From contig CASESI010000022.1 in NCBI GenBank assembly GCA_949290705.1, positions 269,024 to 333,023 on the forward strand: a stretch of 64,000 nt of DNA, written 5' to 3'. This document shows, in pieces, positions 21,327 through 34,307 of the stretch. The stretch's first letter is position 1. Each line of letters begins with the position of its first letter. The notes under the pieces were generated by a model. The model worked only from the letters and a program-made list of their open reading frames with translations. It had not been told where the DNA came from and did no database searches. The stretch comes from an uncultured Holosporaceae bacterium. GTDB taxonomy: Bacteria > Pseudomonadota > Alphaproteobacteria > UBA3830 > CASESI01. The position numbers were made by a program, and so were the translations under genes.

Positions 21327-21355
21327 ATTCTAACATAAATAAATCAGCTATTCAA
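21327..21355 (-). promoter_or_regulatory. Sigma70-like promoter of ftsZ
   Basis: Minus strand TTGAAT-17 nt-TAGAAT with extended TG. Confidence 0.5.
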
Positions 21356-21397
21356 AGGGTTTTTTCGTTATAAAAATACAAAAAAGAAAAAATATAA

Positions 21398-22786
21398 TTA
21401 TATGTGAATTGCCATTCCGAAAGCATTAAGTACGGATTCATGCATCATTTCAGACAGTGTTGGATGTGGGAAAATAGCTTCAATAAGCTCTGCTTCCGTA
21501 GATTCCAATGTTTTTGCAATACCAAATCCTTGAATCAATTCTGTTACTTCTGCTCCTATCATATGTGCTCCTAAAAGTTCCCCGGTTTTTGCATCAAAAA
21601 TTGTTTTTATAAGACCATTAGGTTCTCCCATGGCGATTGCCTTTCCATTTCCAATAAATGGGAATTTTCCCACACGTATATCACTTTTTCGCTCAATTGC
21701 TTCTTGTTCAGTTAAACCAATACTTGCGACTTGTGGGATTGAGTATACACAAGCTGGGATAGAGTCTCTTTTAATAGGATGGCATTTCAATCCTTTTGCA
21801 TGCTCTGCAACCATAACACCTTCGTGACTTGCTTTGTGAGCCAACCATGGTGCATTTGCTACATCTCCTATTGCGTAAACGCCAGGTTCATTTGTCATGC
21901 AAAAGTCATCGACAATGATATGTCCGCGATCTGTTTTTACATTAGTATTTTCAAGTCCTATATTGTCAATGTTACATTGTATTCCCATAGCGAGAATTAC
22001 AACCTCGGCTGTCAGTTCTTGCTCTTTATTATCCTTATTGACTGTTACAGTAACGGAATTACCATTATCCTTAAATCTGATAAGAGATGCTGATGTTAAG
22101 ATTTTTATACCTTGTTTTTTAAAAGAGTCTTCTGCAATCTTAGAGATATCTGAATCTTCAAGTGGCATAATTCGGTCCTGCATTTCACAAATTGTGACAT
22201 CCGATCCCATTGTGTTATAAAAACTTGCGAATTCTACCCCGATGGCACCTGATCCTATTACGATTAATGATTTAGGTAGTTTATCAAGAATCATTGCCTC
22301 GCGGGATGTGATAATGTTTTTATAATTTGGTTCAAGTCCTTTTATAACTTTTGGTCTTGCACCTGTTGCGATTACTATATGTTTTGCTGAATATTCTGCT
22401 AATTTTCCATCATCTAATTTAACGCTAATTTTACTGTTTCCTAATAATTTTGCTTCTCCTTTTACGACAGTGACCTTATTTTTTTTTAAAAGGTGTGTCA
22501 CTCCTGTAGATAGTTTTTTAGAGACTTCACGAGACCTTTGGATGATAGAGTTAAAATCAAACGAATATTTAACATCAAACCCATAGTCTTTTGCGTGATC
22601 CATGACATTTTTAAATTCAGCAGATCTTAGCAAAGCCTTGGTTGGAATACATCCCCAATTTAAACAAACTCCGCCAAGCGCATCTTTCTCTATTAATGCT
22701 ACTTTCATTCCAAGTTGAGCGGCTCTGATTGCAGATACGTAACCACCTGGGCCACCGCCGACTACTATAAAATCAAAATTTTCCAT
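21398..22786 (-). CDS. lpdA: Dihydrolipoyl dehydrogenase
   Basis: GGGPGGYV, GGVCLNWGCIPTK, GSGAIGVE, HPTLSE; ATG at 22786. Confidence 0.96.
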   Translation of the reverse strand: MENFDFIVVGGGPGGYVSAIRAAQLGMKVALIEKDALGGVCLNWGCIPTKALLRSAEFKNVMDHAKDYGFDVKYSFDFNSIIQRSREVSKKLSTGVTHLLKKNKVTVVKGEAKLLGNSKISVKLDDGKLAEYSAKHIVIATGARPKVIKGLEPNYKNIITSREAMILDKLPKSLIVIGSGAIGVEFASFYNTMGSDVTICEMQDRIMPLEDSDISKIAEDSFKKQGIKILTSASLIRFKDNGNSVTVTVNKDNKEQELTAEVVILAMGIQCNIDNIGLENTNVKTDRGHIIVDDFCMTNEPGVYAIGDVANAPWLAHKASHEGVMVAEHAKGLKCHPIKRDSIPACVYSIPQVASIGLTEQEAIERKSDIRVGKFPFIGNGKAIAMGEPNGLIKTIFDAKTGELLGAHMIGAEVTELIQGFGIAKTLESTEAELIEAIFPHPTLSEMMHESVLNAFGMAIHI

Positions 22787-22937
22787 TTTTTGAAATCCTA
22801 AAATATAAATAATACTATTAGATATTACTATAAATTTCAAAGTTATAATTTTTTCTTAATTCTTGAAAAATAAGTATTTGATGGAAAATTTCGTGTTATA
22901 ATTCAAAAACTATATTTTTTAAATGGGAGCCCATTTT

Positions 22938-25592
22938 ATGCAGCATAGTTTCGAAATAAGGAATGCTTTTTTAAATTTTTTTGCAAACAAAGGTCATAAA
23001 ATAATGCCATCAAGTAATCTTATTACTGGTGATAAGTCATTGTTATTTGTGAACGCGGGAATGGTCCCTTTTAAGAAATATTTTTTAAATGAAGAAATTC
23101 CGCCTTACTCGACTATGACAACGGCGCAAAAATGCCTAAGGGTAAGTGGAAAACATAATGATTTGGATCAGGTTGGGTTTACAAAGCGGCATCATACATT
23201 CTTTGAGATGCTTGGGAATTTTTCATTCGGAAAATATTTTAAAGCCGAGGTTATTCCTTATGCTTGGGAATTTTTAACTAAGGTTTTATGTCTTGATCCA
23301 AAAAGACTTTATATAACAGTGTTTTCAGAAGATCAGGAAGCGTTTAATCTTTGGAAGAAAATAACAGGATTTGAAGATAGTAAGATTATAAAGATTTCTA
23401 CAAGTGATAATTTCTGGTCGATGGGGGATACAGGACCTTGTGGTCCATGCTCGGAGATTTTTTATGATCATGGTGATAAATATCCTGGTGATATTCCTGG
23501 TTCAGGAAACGAACTTGATCGATTTATTGAAATTTGGAATCTCGTTTTTATGCAAAAGAATAAGATAGATCCTGATACGATGGTTGATCTTGATAAAAAA
23601 TGCATAGATACAGGAATGGGACTTGAGAGAATCACTGCTGTTATGAATGGAACTCCGGACAATTATGAAACGGATTTGTTTACTGGATTATTGAATGCTG
23701 AATATGAAATTCTCGGTGGAACAGATCCAAAAAATCCGGCATACAGGGTCATCGCTGATCACGTAAGGTCTTCTTGTTTCTTGCTTTCAGAAGGGCTGTT
23801 GCCTTCAAATGAAGGAAGAGGATATGTGTTACGAAGAATTATAAGAAGGGCTGTGAATTACCTATATAAAATCAACAAAGATAAATTTTTGTACGAAATT
23901 TGCGATTTCTTTTTAAATGATTTTTCAAATGCTTATCCTGAGCTCTCTCAAAATAGGGAATTCATATTGAATTCTGTAAAGAATGAAGAAAATTTGTTTA
24001 AGGAATCTTACTTTAAGGGATTTAAAATTCTTGAAAAAGAGTTGGCAAATACCAATAAAATCAGTGGTGAGTTTGCATTTAAACTTTATGATACATATGG
24101 TTTTCCTCTTGATGTTACGTACAATATCGTCAAATCACACGATGGAACTGTTGATATAGATGGTTTTGATAAATTAATGGAAGACCAACGTGCACAATCA
24201 AAGCAGGGCTTGAAAATGCTGCAATCTGGTGAAGATTTCCACAGCATATTCGCTGTTGCAAAATCTGAAGGTATAAGGCTTGCTGAGACTCAATTTCTGG
24301 GGTATGAACATTACGAAACTAGCAATGCTAAGGTTTTGGCAATTTTCGAAAATGGTAAGTTGGTAAATGAATTGCAAAATTGTGCTTCTGGTATAGTTAT
24401 ATTCGACAAAACAGTGTTTTATGCTGAATCAGGTGGGCAAGTTGCAGATCACGGGGTGATTTCTGATAATAAACTTCTTGGCGAAGTTACTGATGTGAAA
24501 AAACAAGATGGCGTGTTTTTCCATTTTATAAATTTGCAGAAAGGGTACCTCAAAGTTGGCGAATTTGTTGATATGAAGATCGATATTTCTCGCCGCAAAA
24601 TGATTGCGGCAAATCATACGGCTACTCATATCTTGCACAATCTGCTAAAGGCTGAACTTGGAAAGTTTGTAACGCAACACGGATCAATGGTGTCAGATGA
24701 GAAGTTAAGATTTGATTTTAACTACCAAAAACCTCTTGGAAAAGATATTTTAAGGAGAATAGAGCAAAGAGCTAATGAGGTTATTTTCCAAAATATTCCT
24801 GTTGTAACTGATGTTAAAGACCAAAAAGAGGCTATCTCGGAAGGAGCAATGGCTCTTTTCGGAGAGAAATACGGTGATAAAGTAAGAGTTGTTTCCATAT
24901 CTAATGATTCATTTTCATCAAGGGAGTTATGCGGAGGAACGCACGTTAAAGCAACTTCAGAAATAGGTGTTTTTAAAATATTATCCGAATCTTCAATTGC
25001 TTCTGGTATAAGAAGGATTGAGGCGATAACTTCGTGCGCTGTAAGTGAATATTTATACGGAATTGAAGATGAACTTAATACAGTTAAAAATATTATAGGT
25101 GGAAATACTGACATTGCGACAAAGCTTCAGTCTTTAATTGAAGAAAATAAAAAATTATTGCTTCAGAATAATAACTTTATGATTGCCGAAAATATCGCAA
25201 ATGCAAAAAAGATTTCAAAAGGTAAGTTCGATATCATATTTTCACTTGTTCAAAATATTGATCAACAAGTGTTCCGGTTGATGTCGGATAGGTTTTTACA
25301 AAAATTTACGACTAGTTCCATTATTGTTCTTGCTAATATGAATGAAGAAAAAATCTCGTTTTCTGTGTCGTTGACGAATGATCTTGTCGGAGTGATGGAC
25401 GCAAAAAATATTTTGTTAAAGATTATTTCTAACTTTGGTTGTAAAGGATGCGGTGGACGTAATAATTTTGCTCAAGGTGGGGTGAATATCGAAAATGCCC
25501 CGGAAGATATTGCTGCAAAGTTCAATCTTAACAAAAACACTGCAAAGCAAATAGAGCACAATATGATCAGCATGATAGAGCAATCTATCTAA
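22938..25592 (+). CDS. alaS: Alanine--tRNA ligase
   Basis: NAGMVPFK, HHTFFEMLGNFSFG, GPCGPCSEI, NHTATH, ELCGGTH. Confidence 0.98.
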   Translation: MQHSFEIRNAFLNFFANKGHKIMPSSNLITGDKSLLFVNAGMVPFKKYFLNEEIPPYSTMTTAQKCLRVSGKHNDLDQVGFTKRHHTFFEMLGNFSFGKYFKAEVIPYAWEFLTKVLCLDPKRLYITVFSEDQEAFNLWKKITGFEDSKIIKISTSDNFWSMGDTGPCGPCSEIFYDHGDKYPGDIPGSGNELDRFIEIWNLVFMQKNKIDPDTMVDLDKKCIDTGMGLERITAVMNGTPDNYETDLFTGLLNAEYEILGGTDPKNPAYRVIADHVRSSCFLLSEGLLPSNEGRGYVLRRIIRRAVNYLYKINKDKFLYEICDFFLNDFSNAYPELSQNREFILNSVKNEENLFKESYFKGFKILEKELANTNKISGEFAFKLYDTYGFPLDVTYNIVKSHDGTVDIDGFDKLMEDQRAQSKQGLKMLQSGEDFHSIFAVAKSEGIRLAETQFLGYEHYETSNAKVLAIFENGKLVNELQNCASGIVIFDKTVFYAESGGQVADHGVISDNKLLGEVTDVKKQDGVFFHFINLQKGYLKVGEFVDMKIDISRRKMIAANHTATHILHNLLKAELGKFVTQHGSMVSDEKLRFDFNYQKPLGKDILRRIEQRANEVIFQNIPVVTDVKDQKEAISEGAMALFGEKYGDKVRVVSISNDSFSSRELCGGTHVKATSEIGVFKILSESSIASGIRRIEAITSCAVSEYLYGIEDELNTVKNIIGGNTDIATKLQSLIEENKKLLLQNNNFMIAENIANAKKISKGKFDIIFSLVQNIDQQVFRLMSDRFLQKFTTSSIIVLANMNEEKISFSVSLTNDLVGVMDAKNILLKIISNFGCKGCGGRNNFAQGGVNIENAPEDIAAKFNLNKNTAKQIEHNMISMIEQSI

Positions 25593-25626
25593 CCCTTACT
25601 TTTGTTTTTCGTAAAATGCGGGAAAA

Positions 25627-25702
25627 TGGTGCCGGACGACGGACTTGAACCGCCGACCTACTGATTACAAATCAGCCGCTCTACCAGCTGAGCTAGTCCG
25701 GC
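25627..25702 (-). tRNA. tRNA-Thr (anticodon UGU)
   Basis: Reverse complement GCCGGACTAGCTCAGCTGGTAGAGCGGCTGATTTGTAATCAGTAGGTCGGCGGTTCAAGTCCGTCGTCCGGCACCA; full cloverleaf with encoded CCA. Confidence 0.97.
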
Positions 25703-25839
25703 AAAAACACGAGAGGCATTATATCGCTGATGTCGCTTTGTGTCAAGAAGAAAATCTATAGGATTTTGATAAGTAAAAATTGCTTGTAAAAGGTGTTAAT
25801 GGATGTTACAATGATAGTAAATATTTATTTTCAGGTGTT

Positions 25840-26487
25840 ATGTCTGTAGAGGAATTATTATTAAAAAAGAGAGATATTAGTACTACTGGTGCTGTTAATG
25901 CTCTTAGGAAAAGCGGGTATGTCCCGGGGGTGATTTATGGTGACTCAAAGGATGCGGAACCTATTTCTGTAAGCGAATTGTCTTTGATGAAAACTATTGA
26001 ATCTGGAAGTATTTCAAAGGTTTTTCACATTGATTGTGATGGTCAAAAATTAAGGGCTGTGATAAAAGATGTTCAGTTTCATCCAGTAAGTTCTCGCCCA
26101 TTAAGTGTTGATTTTATGCGCGTTACAAAGGGGGCAAAGGTTAACATTAAGGTTAGGGTCAATTTCTTGAACGAGAATTTATCACCTGCTATCAAGAAAG
26201 GTGGTGTGTTGAATGTTGCAATTCACGAAGTTTTGTTGGCATGCGATATCGATCATGTGCCAGAGAGTCTCGATGTTGATATTTCTGGTATTGATTTTCA
26301 TCATGCTGTGAAGGTAAGGGATTTGCCTTTACCAGAAGGGGCAAGGTGTGTGAACCTTACCGATGATTTGACGGTTGCAACTGTTGTTGCTCCAAGCGGT
26401 TTGCGTTCGGAAATGAACAAAGAGGCTGCGGATGATGCTGCAGCTGCCGCAGGTGCTTCAGATAAATCTACAACAGAAGAAAAGTAA
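25840..26487 (+). CDS. rplY: 50S ribosomal protein L25/Ctc
   Basis: ALRKSGYVPGVIYG, KDVQFHPV..PLSVDF, IKKGGVLN. Confidence 0.94.
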   Translation: MSVEELLLKKRDISTTGAVNALRKSGYVPGVIYGDSKDAEPISVSELSLMKTIESGSISKVFHIDCDGQKLRAVIKDVQFHPVSSRPLSVDFMRVTKGAKVNIKVRVNFLNENLSPAIKKGGVLNVAIHEVLLACDIDHVPESLDVDISGIDFHHAVKVRDLPLPEGARCVNLTDDLTVATVVAPSGLRSEMNKEAADDAAAAAGASDKSTTEEK

Positions 26488-26543
26488 TTTTTCTCATTAT
26501 TTATTTTTTTTGTTTTCAATTTATATTTTTTTAAGGTGCTTCT

Positions 26544-27104
26544 ATGCCTGTGATGTCAGATAAATGGATCAAAGAGATGGCTGTAAATCATGGTATGATT
26601 TCAGATTTTGTCGATACTCAGATTGAGAAAGGTATTTTATCTTACGGTGTTTCGTCGTATGGATATGATGCACGAGTTGGGGATGAGTTTAAGATTTTTA
26701 CTAATGTTAATAATGCTTTGATTGATCCGAAAAAATTACCAAATGATGCATTTACTTCAAAGAAGGCGGATTGCTGCATAATTCCACCTAACAGTTTTGT
26801 GTTGGCGAGTACGGTTGAATATTTTAAAATTCCAAGGGATGTTTTGGTGATTTGCCTTGGAAAATCCACTTACGCAAGGTGCGGAATTATCGTGAATGTC
26901 ACTCCGCTTGAGCCAGAATGGGAAGGTCATGTCACTTTGGAATTTTCCAATACCACGACGTTGCCTGTGAAAATTTATGCAAACGAGGGAGCATGTCAAT
27001 TTATCTTTTTAAAAGCTGATTCTGAATGCGCAAAGTCGTACAAAGATAAGAAAGGTAAGTACATGGGCCAGATTGGTATTACTCTACCAAAAATTCAGAA
27101 ATAA
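26544..27104 (+). CDS. dcd: dCTP deaminase
   Basis: [40 protein letters not shown]. Confidence 0.96.
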   Translation: MPVMSDKWIKEMAVNHGMISDFVDTQIEKGILSYGVSSYGYDARVGDEFKIFTNVNNALIDPKKLPNDAFTSKKADCCIIPPNSFVLASTVEYFKIPRDVLVICLGKSTYARCGIIVNVTPLEPEWEGHVTLEFSNTTTLPVKIYANEGACQFIFLKADSECAKSYKDKKGKYMGQIGITLPKIQK

Positions 27105-27114
27105 AAAATAAAAT

Positions 27115-28368
27115 TTATTTTTTTTCTGTTTTATTTTGTTTTGCTGTTGGTTCTGATTTATTAACGGTTGGCTTTTTTGCGTCCGTTGTTACAGGGCTCT
27201 CTTTCTTGTTCTCAGCTTGTGGCGATACATCATTCCCTTTAGCAGGGTTTAGAATGTCCATACCTTTATAAATTGCATCGTTGTTTACAATTTTAACAGG
27301 TTGACCATCTTGTACGCGGATATGTCCCTTTGTTACAACTGTGTCACCTGGGAAGATGCCGCTTAGGACCTCAACGTTACCTTTCTGTTGGAATGTGCCG
27401 ATGACAACGTTTGTGCGTAGTGCGACACCATCAACAACTCGGTATACGAAATCTTCACCGTTTGTGCGCATCACCGCGGTTTCAGGGATAAGTGTCGCCT
27501 TATCAGAGTGTTCGGTGATAATTTTTACGTTCGCGAATTGTCCGGAAACGATGTTGCTATCGTGATCGTCAAGTACTGCCCTTGCAATGACCATATGGCT
27601 TGATTTTTCGGATATAGGGCTTATCGCCTTTATTGTACCGTAATATTCACTTGGGTTGTTTTCCGTTGTGATAATAATTGTTTGCCCGACGGATACATTT
27701 GCAAGTTGGAGTTCAGGAATTCTAAATTCCACCTCTAATGGTGTGTCGTTAACGATTGAGGCAAGTTGAGATCCCCTCTGTACGTAATCACCTGGTGCAA
27801 TATCGATAAGGCCGATTCTTCCATTCATAGGTGAATATATTTTGTATTTGCTCAATTCAATTTTTGCAACTTCTGATTGGGCAGCAAGAGATTTCATCTC
27901 AGCTTCTCTTTTGAATACTTCACTGTCCGAAATATATTTTTTTGCCTGTAAACCTTTTGCTCTTTCAAATTCAGCTTTTGCATGGGTTAATCTTGCAAGA
28001 ATCTCGTTATACTTTGCAACAGCCAGTGAATCATCAAAGGAAATCAGTAATTGTCCTTTTGTGACGTCCGTACCTTCTGTAAAATGGATAGTCTTTATAA
28101 TTCCTTCTATTTCGGATCTTATTACGACCTGGCTATTAGGTTTAAGGTTACCCACACAATTTATATATAGCTCAACTTCTCCAATTTTTGCTTTCGCAAT
28201 TTCAACCTTTGGGCTTTTGATTTTGCCTGGATGTTTAGGCGTTTTTTGGACAAAAGGTGCGTCTTTGTAATTGTGAGAGGTGCATTTTTTTACAGTTATA
28301 ATGGCTACAATCAAACATAATACAGCAGCACAACATATAAGAATTTTTGTTTTGTCGAATTGTTTCAT
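27115..28368 (-). CDS. RND efflux periplasmic adaptor (membrane fusion protein)
   Basis: N-terminal TM, lipoyl half-motifs (IRSEIEG..F.EG..V.KGQLL; IYSPMNG), alpha-hairpin, IPETAV, G..PGDTVV. Confidence 0.88.
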   Translation of the reverse strand: MKQFDKTKILICCAAVLCLIVAIITVKKCTSHNYKDAPFVQKTPKHPGKIKSPKVEIAKAKIGEVELYINCVGNLKPNSQVVIRSEIEGIIKTIHFTEGTDVTKGQLLISFDDSLAVAKYNEILARLTHAKAEFERAKGLQAKKYISDSEVFKREAEMKSLAAQSEVAKIELSKYKIYSPMNGRIGLIDIAPGDYVQRGSQLASIVNDTPLEVEFRIPELQLANVSVGQTIIITTENNPSEYYGTIKAISPISEKSSHMVIARAVLDDHDSNIVSGQFANVKIITEHSDKATLIPETAVMRTNGEDFVYRVVDGVALRTNVVIGTFQQKGNVEVLSGIFPGDTVVTKGHIRVQDGQPVKIVNNDAIYKGMDILNPAKGNDVSPQAENKKESPVTTDAKKPTVNKSEPTAKQNKTEKK

Positions 28369-28515
28369 GGCAATCTCCTTTTACTAAAAGTATAACCCAA
28401 AATTATTAACAAAAGGTAAAACAACTGCAATAAAGTAAAATATAAAAATTTTTATTGCATTACTTTTGCAATTATGGTATTATAACAGCTATTGTTTTTA
28501 AATGTCAAAAGAATT

Positions 28516-28941
28516 ATGGCAAAGATAGTAGGGTATATTAAGTTGCAGGTGCCTGCGGCTCAAGCTAATCCATCGCCACCTATCGGTCCAGCATTGGGAC
28601 AACGTGGTTTAAAGATAATGGATTTTTGTAAGGATTTCAATGCAAAATCAAAGGATTGGAAACCTGGAACGCCGTTGTCTGTTGTTATTACTGTGTATGA
28701 TAATAAGACTTTTGATTTTATCATCAAGACGCCTCCTGTGTCATTCATGATTAAGGAAAAGGCTGGGCTAAAAAGTGCGGCAAAGCAACCTGGACGTGAT
28801 ACGCCTATTTTCATCACGATGAAGGATGTTGAGGAGATCGCAAAGGCTAAGATGGCTGATTTGGTTGTTAATGATTTGGAAGCTGCGAAGAACACCGTGA
28901 TTGGTTCGGCTAGGTCGATGGGCATCAGGGTTAACGGTTAA
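28516..28941 (+). CDS. rplK: 50S ribosomal protein L11
   Basis: [30 protein letters not shown]. Confidence 0.97.
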   Translation: MAKIVGYIKLQVPAAQANPSPPIGPALGQRGLKIMDFCKDFNAKSKDWKPGTPLSVVITVYDNKTFDFIIKTPPVSFMIKEKAGLKSAAKQPGRDTPIFITMKDVEEIAKAKMADLVVNDLEAAKNTVIGSARSMGIRVNG

Positions 28942-28956
28942 ATAGGAGATTTTATT

Positions 28957-29646
28957 ATGACAAAAATTGCCAAGAGATTGAAAAATATTTCTGCTTCTTA
29001 TGATGCCGAGAAAGAGTATTCGTTGGATGATGCTGTTGAGATTTTGAAAAAAAACGCAAGCTGCAAGTTTGATGAAACGATAGAAATTGCTATGGCGCTT
29101 AATGTTGATCCAAAGAAATCCGATCAATATTTGCGTGGTGTTGTTGGTATGCCTAATGGTACAGGTAAGGTTGTCCGTGTGGCTGTGTTCGCAAAGGATG
29201 CAAAGGCTGAGGAAGCAAAGAAAGCTGGTGCGGATATTGTTGGGGAAAAGGATTTGCTAGACGAGATTGCTGCTGGAAAGCCTTTCGATTATGATGTGTG
29301 TATTGCTACACCTGATATGATGGTTGCTGTTGGTAAGATTGGTAAAATTTTGGGCCCAAAGGGATTGATGCCGAACCCAAAGACCGGCACTGTTACATTT
29401 GATGTTGCAAAGGCGATAGACAACATTAAAAAAGGTCAGGTTGAGTACAAGACTGAAAAGGCTGGTATCGTTCATGCTGGTGTTGCAAAGGCAAGCTTTT
29501 CTGCGGACGCGATTAAGCAAAATATTCAGGCTTTCATCGACGAGATTATGCGTGTGAAACCTGCCGTGGTTAAGGTTAATTACGTAAAGTCGATTTACCT
29601 TTCTACAACAATGGGACCAAGTGTTAAATTGGTTTCTGTAAATTAA
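28957..29646 (+). CDS. rplA: 50S ribosomal protein L1
   Basis: KFDETIE, PNGTGK, LGPKGLMPNPKTGTVT, STTMGP. Confidence 0.97.
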   Translation: MTKIAKRLKNISASYDAEKEYSLDDAVEILKKNASCKFDETIEIAMALNVDPKKSDQYLRGVVGMPNGTGKVVRVAVFAKDAKAEEAKKAGADIVGEKDLLDEIAAGKPFDYDVCIATPDMMVAVGKIGKILGPKGLMPNPKTGTVTFDVAKAIDNIKKGQVEYKTEKAGIVHAGVAKASFSADAIKQNIQAFIDEIMRVKPAVVKVNYVKSIYLSTTMGPSVKLVSVN

Positions 29647-29700
29647 TTTTTTCTTCTTTTTTCCTTTTTAAATTGAGATTTCTGGGGCTTTGGTGTATAA

Positions 29701-32052
<2,352 letters not shown>

Positions 32053-32080
32053 ATTTTTTTAAAAAAATTAAAAAAAATGC

Positions 32081-32189
32081 TTGACATTTAAAAATTTCTG
32101 TGATATATTGTTCTTTGTTCATGGTTTTCCAAAACGAAAAATAAAAATTAAAAAAAGTACTTGACTTTTTATTTTTTTTGTGATACGAT
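32081..32189 (+). promoter_or_regulatory. Tandem sigma70-like promoters upstream of rpsU
   Basis: TTGACA-17-TATATT (from 32081) and TTGACT-17-TACGAT (from 32161), each with an A-tract upstream and TGTGA before the -10. Confidence 0.6.
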
Positions 32190-32217
32190 TACAAATCAGT
32201 TTAAAGAAGAGGACATT

Positions 32218-32412
32218 TTGATAGTTTACGTAAGGGATAATAATGTCGAACAAGCAATTCGTGCATTAAAGAAAAAATTACAGAGGGAAGGTGTTTTTAA
32301 AGAAATGAAGAAAAGAAAGCATTTCGAGACGAAAGGACAAATTGAAGCTCGCCGTAAGAGTGAGGCTGCAAGGCGTTACATTAAACTTTCTCGCGATTCA
32401 TTTGCTATTTAA
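32218..32412 (+). CDS. rpsU: 30S ribosomal protein S21
   Basis: [27 protein letters not shown]; TTG start after GAGGA. Confidence 0.93.
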   Translation: MIVYVRDNNVEQAIRALKKKLQREGVFKEMKKRKHFETKGQIEARRKSEAARRYIKLSRDSFAI

Positions 32413-32438
32413 TTTTTATATTTTTTCAGGGTATTGGA

Positions 32439-33677
32439 ATGCTGGATATTTCTTTTATTCGGTCTAACCCTTCACTTTTTAACGATAAACAAAATATGCG
32501 TGGTGCCGCAACAAAGGCTGACGGCATTTTGGCGCTGGATTCTTCTATTCGTGCTTTGAAGGCTGAAATTCAAGGTTTACAGTCGAGGCGTAATGAATTG
32601 GCAAAGCTTATGCCGAAAACTGATGCGTTGATTGCCGAGGCGCGTGATGTGAAGAATTTGATCACCTCGAAAAGTGAGGAGTTGGCGAAACACGAGGCGG
32701 AGTTGAATGCTTTGATGCTTTCTATTCCGAACATGATCGCGGATGATGTGCCGTATGGTGAATCGGATGCGGATAATAAGGAGTTGCGCAAATTCGGGGA
32801 GAAGCCGGTTTTTGATTTTAAACCGTTGACTCATTACGAATTGTGCGAGGAGCAGATGGGGAATATGGATTTCAAAACGCCATCTGTGATTTCTGGGGCA
32901 AGGTTTTCCGTGTTAAAGGGGAAGCTTGCTCGGCTTGAAAGGGCTGTTGCGAATTATTTGCTTGATACCCACACGACGGAGTTTGGGTACCAAGAAATTT
33001 CCGTTCCGTTTTTGGTGAAGGACATCGCTCTTTACGGGACTGGGCAATTGCCTAAATTCCAGGAGGATCTCTTTAAAACCACAGACGGAATGTGGTTGAT
33101 TCCTACCGCTGAGGTGTATTTAACAAACTTGGCCCGGGAAAGTATATTGAAAGATGCTGATCTGCCGTTGCGGTTTGTTGCCGAGACGGCTTGCTTCAGG
33201 TCAGAGGCTGGTGCTGCGGGTCGTGACACCAGAGGGATCGTGAGGCAGCATCAATTTAATAAGGTGGAGCTTGTCTCGGTTGTTCGCCCAGAGGACAGCA
33301 AGGCAGAGCATGAACGTATGACAAATGCGGCAGAGACCGTTTTACAAAGGTTGGGTCTGCACTATCGTGTGGTGAAATTGTGTTCGAAAGACATTGGTTT
33401 TTCTGCACGGAAGACATACGACATAGAGGTTTGGGTGCCAGGCCTTAACCGTTATATGGAGATATCGAGTTGTTCGAATTGCTGGGATTTCCAGGCACGT
33501 CGGATGAAAACTCGGATTAAGCGCGAGACGGGAAATGTTTTTGCGCACACGTTGAATGGCTCGGGTGTTGCCGTTGGACGGCTGCTCGTTGCGATTATAG
33601 AGAATTATCAAACGAAAGACGGAAGGATTAAAATTCCGGAGGCTTTGTTGAAATATCTCCCATTTTCGGAGATTTAA
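32439..33677 (+). CDS. serS: Serine--tRNA ligase
   Basis: GTGQLPKF, LIPTAEV, FRSEAGAAGRDTRG, EISSCSNC, HTLNGSG. Confidence 0.98.
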   Translation: MLDISFIRSNPSLFNDKQNMRGAATKADGILALDSSIRALKAEIQGLQSRRNELAKLMPKTDALIAEARDVKNLITSKSEELAKHEAELNALMLSIPNMIADDVPYGESDADNKELRKFGEKPVFDFKPLTHYELCEEQMGNMDFKTPSVISGARFSVLKGKLARLERAVANYLLDTHTTEFGYQEISVPFLVKDIALYGTGQLPKFQEDLFKTTDGMWLIPTAEVYLTNLARESILKDADLPLRFVAETACFRSEAGAAGRDTRGIVRQHQFNKVELVSVVRPEDSKAEHERMTNAAETVLQRLGLHYRVVKLCSKDIGFSARKTYDIEVWVPGLNRYMEISSCSNCWDFQARRMKTRIKRETGNVFAHTLNGSGVAVGRLLVAIIENYQTKDGRIKIPEALLKYLPFSEI

Positions 33678-34261
33678 AATTCAACAGCTTTAATTATTTC
33701 TTTTTTTAATTCTTCTATTCCCTGTTTGGATTCAGAGCTGACGGCGAGAATTTTTGGGTAAGCCGCTGCAATTGTTTGATTTTTTGCCTCTATCGCTTCG
33801 ATATTGGGATTTGGTTCCTTGTCGATTTTGGTGAGGATGGTTTCGAATGATACGGCGTTCTCGCTTAGGAATTTTAAAATGTCGGCGTCTGTTTCTTTGT
33901 ATCCATGACGGCTGTCAATCAGCAAGAAAACCCGGCGAAGATTGACTCTACCACGGAGGTAGTTGATTATAAGGGTGTTCCAATTCTTTTTGGTTTCCTT
34001 CGAGACTTTCGCGTATCCATATCCGGGAAGGTCGGCGAGGATGAAAGAGTTGGCGATTTTGAAAAAGTTGATTTGTTGCGTTCTGCCGGGGGTGTTTGAA
34101 ACCCTCGCGATTTTGCTGTTTACAAGGGCGTTGATAAGGCTTGATTTCCCAACGTTGGATCTTCCGACAAATGCAAATTCGGGAAGGTCGAAATATGGGA
34201 TAGAGTCAAGTGTTGCCGCCCCAGCAAGGAATTCAACACGGTTAAAATCTGCAATATTCAT
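33674..34261 (-). CDS. engB: Ribosome biogenesis GTPase YihA/EngB
   Basis: GRSNVGKSSLIN, PGRT, DLPGYG, TKID. Confidence 0.95.
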   Translation of the reverse strand: MNIADFNRVEFLAGAATLDSIPYFDLPEFAFVGRSNVGKSSLINALVNSKIARVSNTPGRTQQINFFKIANSFILADLPGYGYAKVSKETKKNWNTLIINYLRGRVNLRRVFLLIDSRHGYKETDADILKFLSENAVSFETILTKIDKEPNPNIEAIEAKNQTIAAAYPKILAVSSESKQGIEELKKEIIKAVEF

Positions 34262-34307
34262 AAACGCGATTTTAACAAATATTTTGTTTTAAAGAAAGGA
34301 GGTTATT

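Noticed and set aside
32053-32217. Possible replication origin after gyrB
   Set aside because: No DnaA boxes (TTATCCACA-like) seen; sequence is explained by tandem promoters
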